A program made the translations under genes and the position numbers. A DNA stretch of 45,227 bases from a virus, in UHGV virus genome UHGV-0391923. One strand, 5' to 3'. Below are positions 43,918 through 45,227 of the stretch, piece by piece. The first letter of the stretch is position 1, and every line of letters begins with the position of its first letter. The notes under the pieces were generated by a model, which saw only the letters and a list, made by a program, of their open reading frames with translations, did no database searches and was not told the origin of the DNA.

Positions 43918-45171
43918 TCAATACACTGTCGAAATATTTACATGTTTGGCCATAGGTTTAACAATCGGGAATTGTTTAACAACGTAATACCCTGCTGCAT
44001 CTAAAACATGGTCATGTCCTGTGCTTTTATCTGGCGTTCCGTGCTTATCATAAGCCTGCTGCTCCAGTGCTTCGGTCAAGCTAGGACACATATCAGTATT
44101 GACGAAATACGACCTATCACCGCGACTATTAAGAATCTGCGCGTTAAAGGCATTAATCCGGTCTTTAACTGCTGGGTTATTTCCGTTCACAATTAATCTA
44201 AATCCTGCCGCTCTTAAAATCGCATGGTCGGATTCACTGCTGTTTTTTGATGAAGTCGCCTGGCCTGCTGCATCTGGATAAATATTAATTTGATGATTTG
44301 GGAATCTCTCTTTAATCAGTTTGCACATTGCTGGCGTATCTCTCACGTCCACAAGCTCATCCACAGCATGAGCCTGACCATCACGCAGTACATGCACCAC
44401 AGCGGCCATTTTCAGCACGTTAAAGTCCATGCCAATGTGTAGCACTTCGCGCGGCTTGATAGTTTCTTTTGACTTGTTTAGTTCGCGGTCAAAGTCAGGA
44501 TAAACGCCACCTGAGTTAAGATTGACAAACTTACCATCAAGATAAGCTGATAATAATTGTGGAGGATATGAATCTCTTAAACCATCAATGTAAGACTCTG
44601 GCAAGTATGGGTTTGAATAAGTCGGCGCACGATATAAAACATACTTATCGCTTGCTTTCTTTTCCCAGCGCTCATAGCAGAAACGAAATCCCTCTGGTGT
44701 GGTTCCTACTGCTGCCGTATTGGCCTTGCCATCTGGCTTCTTTTGACGACAACGCGCAATGATCTTATTCCATGCGTTTTCTGCCTTATCCTTTGGCATG
44801 GTGTCAAGCTCATCAATAACAGCATCCCCGATCTCAAAACCAACAATCGAGTTCGGCGCATCCATCGAACGGCAAATGATCTGACCATATCCGTCAATAT
44901 GAAAAACCTTTTCAGATTTATTGAGCTTAAACTTTAATCCGCATTCGGTTAAAAGCTCAGTCAGTCGGGGGAATGCGATCAGGTTGATCAAGTCAAACGA
45001 TGGTGCAAAGTAACCCTGGTTTAATTGAGGATATTGCAGCTTCTGGATTAAAACGCGCTTAAACAATGCTTCTGACTTGCCCGCACCAAAGCCACCACAA
45101 AATAGCGGATATTGCTCAGTTGCAAAAACAAAGTCATCCTGTGGCTCAGTTAAGGTCAGGTCAATCTGCAT
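43918..45171 (-). CDS. terL: Terminase large subunit
   Basis: N-terminal ATPase Walker A FCGGFGAGKSEA; 417 aa; acidic nuclease-like C-terminal half. Confidence 0.8.
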   Translation of the reverse strand: MQIDLTLTEPQDDFVFATEQYPLFCGGFGAGKSEALFKRVLIQKLQYPQLNQGYFAPSFDLINLIAFPRLTELLTECGLKFKLNKSEKVFHIDGYGQIICRSMDAPNSIVGFEIGDAVIDELDTMPKDKAENAWNKIIARCRQKKPDGKANTAAVGTTPEGFRFCYERWEKKASDKYVLYRAPTYSNPYLPESYIDGLRDSYPPQLLSAYLDGKFVNLNSGGVYPDFDRELNKSKETIKPREVLHIGMDFNVLKMAAVVHVLRDGQAHAVDELVDVRDTPAMCKLIKERFPNHQINIYPDAAGQATSSKNSSESDHAILRAAGFRLIVNGNNPAVKDRINAFNAQILNSRGDRSYFVNTDMCPSLTEALEQQAYDKHGTPDKSTGHDHVLDAAGYYVVKQFPIVKPMAKHVNISTVY

Positions 45172-45227
45172 TCTTGTCCTTGCTCACGCGCACCACATTG
45201 ATAGTGATTTCGTTATCATCATTGACT
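45161..45227 (-). CDS. terS: Terminase small subunit, C-terminal 22 codons (joins 1..389 across the window ends); the stop overlaps the terL start
   Basis: Frame from position 1 continues ...REKREAV-E-VNDDNEITINVVRVSKDKNAD* with the one leftover nucleotide fitting exactly. Confidence 0.55.
   Translation of the reverse strand, partial: VNDDNEITINVVRVSKDKNAD

Noticed and set aside
1-45227. CRISPR arrays, reverse transcriptase/DGR, toxIN-like tandem repeats
   Set aside because: No regularly spaced direct repeats and no RT motifs (YxDD) found on visual scan of the intergenic regions

Overview
The window reads as a complete, circularly closed dsDNA siphovirus-type phage genome of about 45.2 kb. 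The small-terminase ORF runs off position 1 and continues in frame from position 45227, ending over the large-terminase start. Nearly all of 16.7-45.2 kb is one minus-strand late region: terS/terL, portal, head morphogenesis, scaffold, capsid, head-tail joining genes, then a lambda-like tail module (major tail, G/GT chaperone pair with a canonical GGGAAAG -1 frameshift site, tape measure, M/L/K/J-like proteins, tailspike) and a lysis cassette (holin, GH19 endolysin). A plus-strand early/replication block (9.2-16.6 kb) carries a T5orf172/GIY-YIG protein, SF2 helicase, VRR-NUC, ERF with a partner exonuclease, MazG and ThyX, and lies opposite a minus-strand PriCT-2/TOPRIM primase-helicase. No integrase or CI/Cro-like repressor was recognised. 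Items worth a second look: a 485-aa protein with an XRE HTH plus four tandem DnaG-like CHC2 zinc ribbons beside a primase that lacks a zinc-binding domain; a translationally coupled operon of five micro membrane proteins plus a tail-anchored HTH/coiled-coil protein inside the head module, driven by a promoter embedded in a 77-bp element that recurs perfectly inverted 34 kb away upstream of an AP2-type homing-endonuclease gene; a duplicated two-gene cassette; a strong-promoter antisense island carrying an HNH endonuclease that splits the major-tail and G/GT genes; and a tRNA-Arg(TCT) flanked by hairpin-containing direct repeats in a 1-kb noncoding stretch between terL and portal. All coordinates and translations are by hand from the sequence; family calls rest on remembered motifs, not searches.
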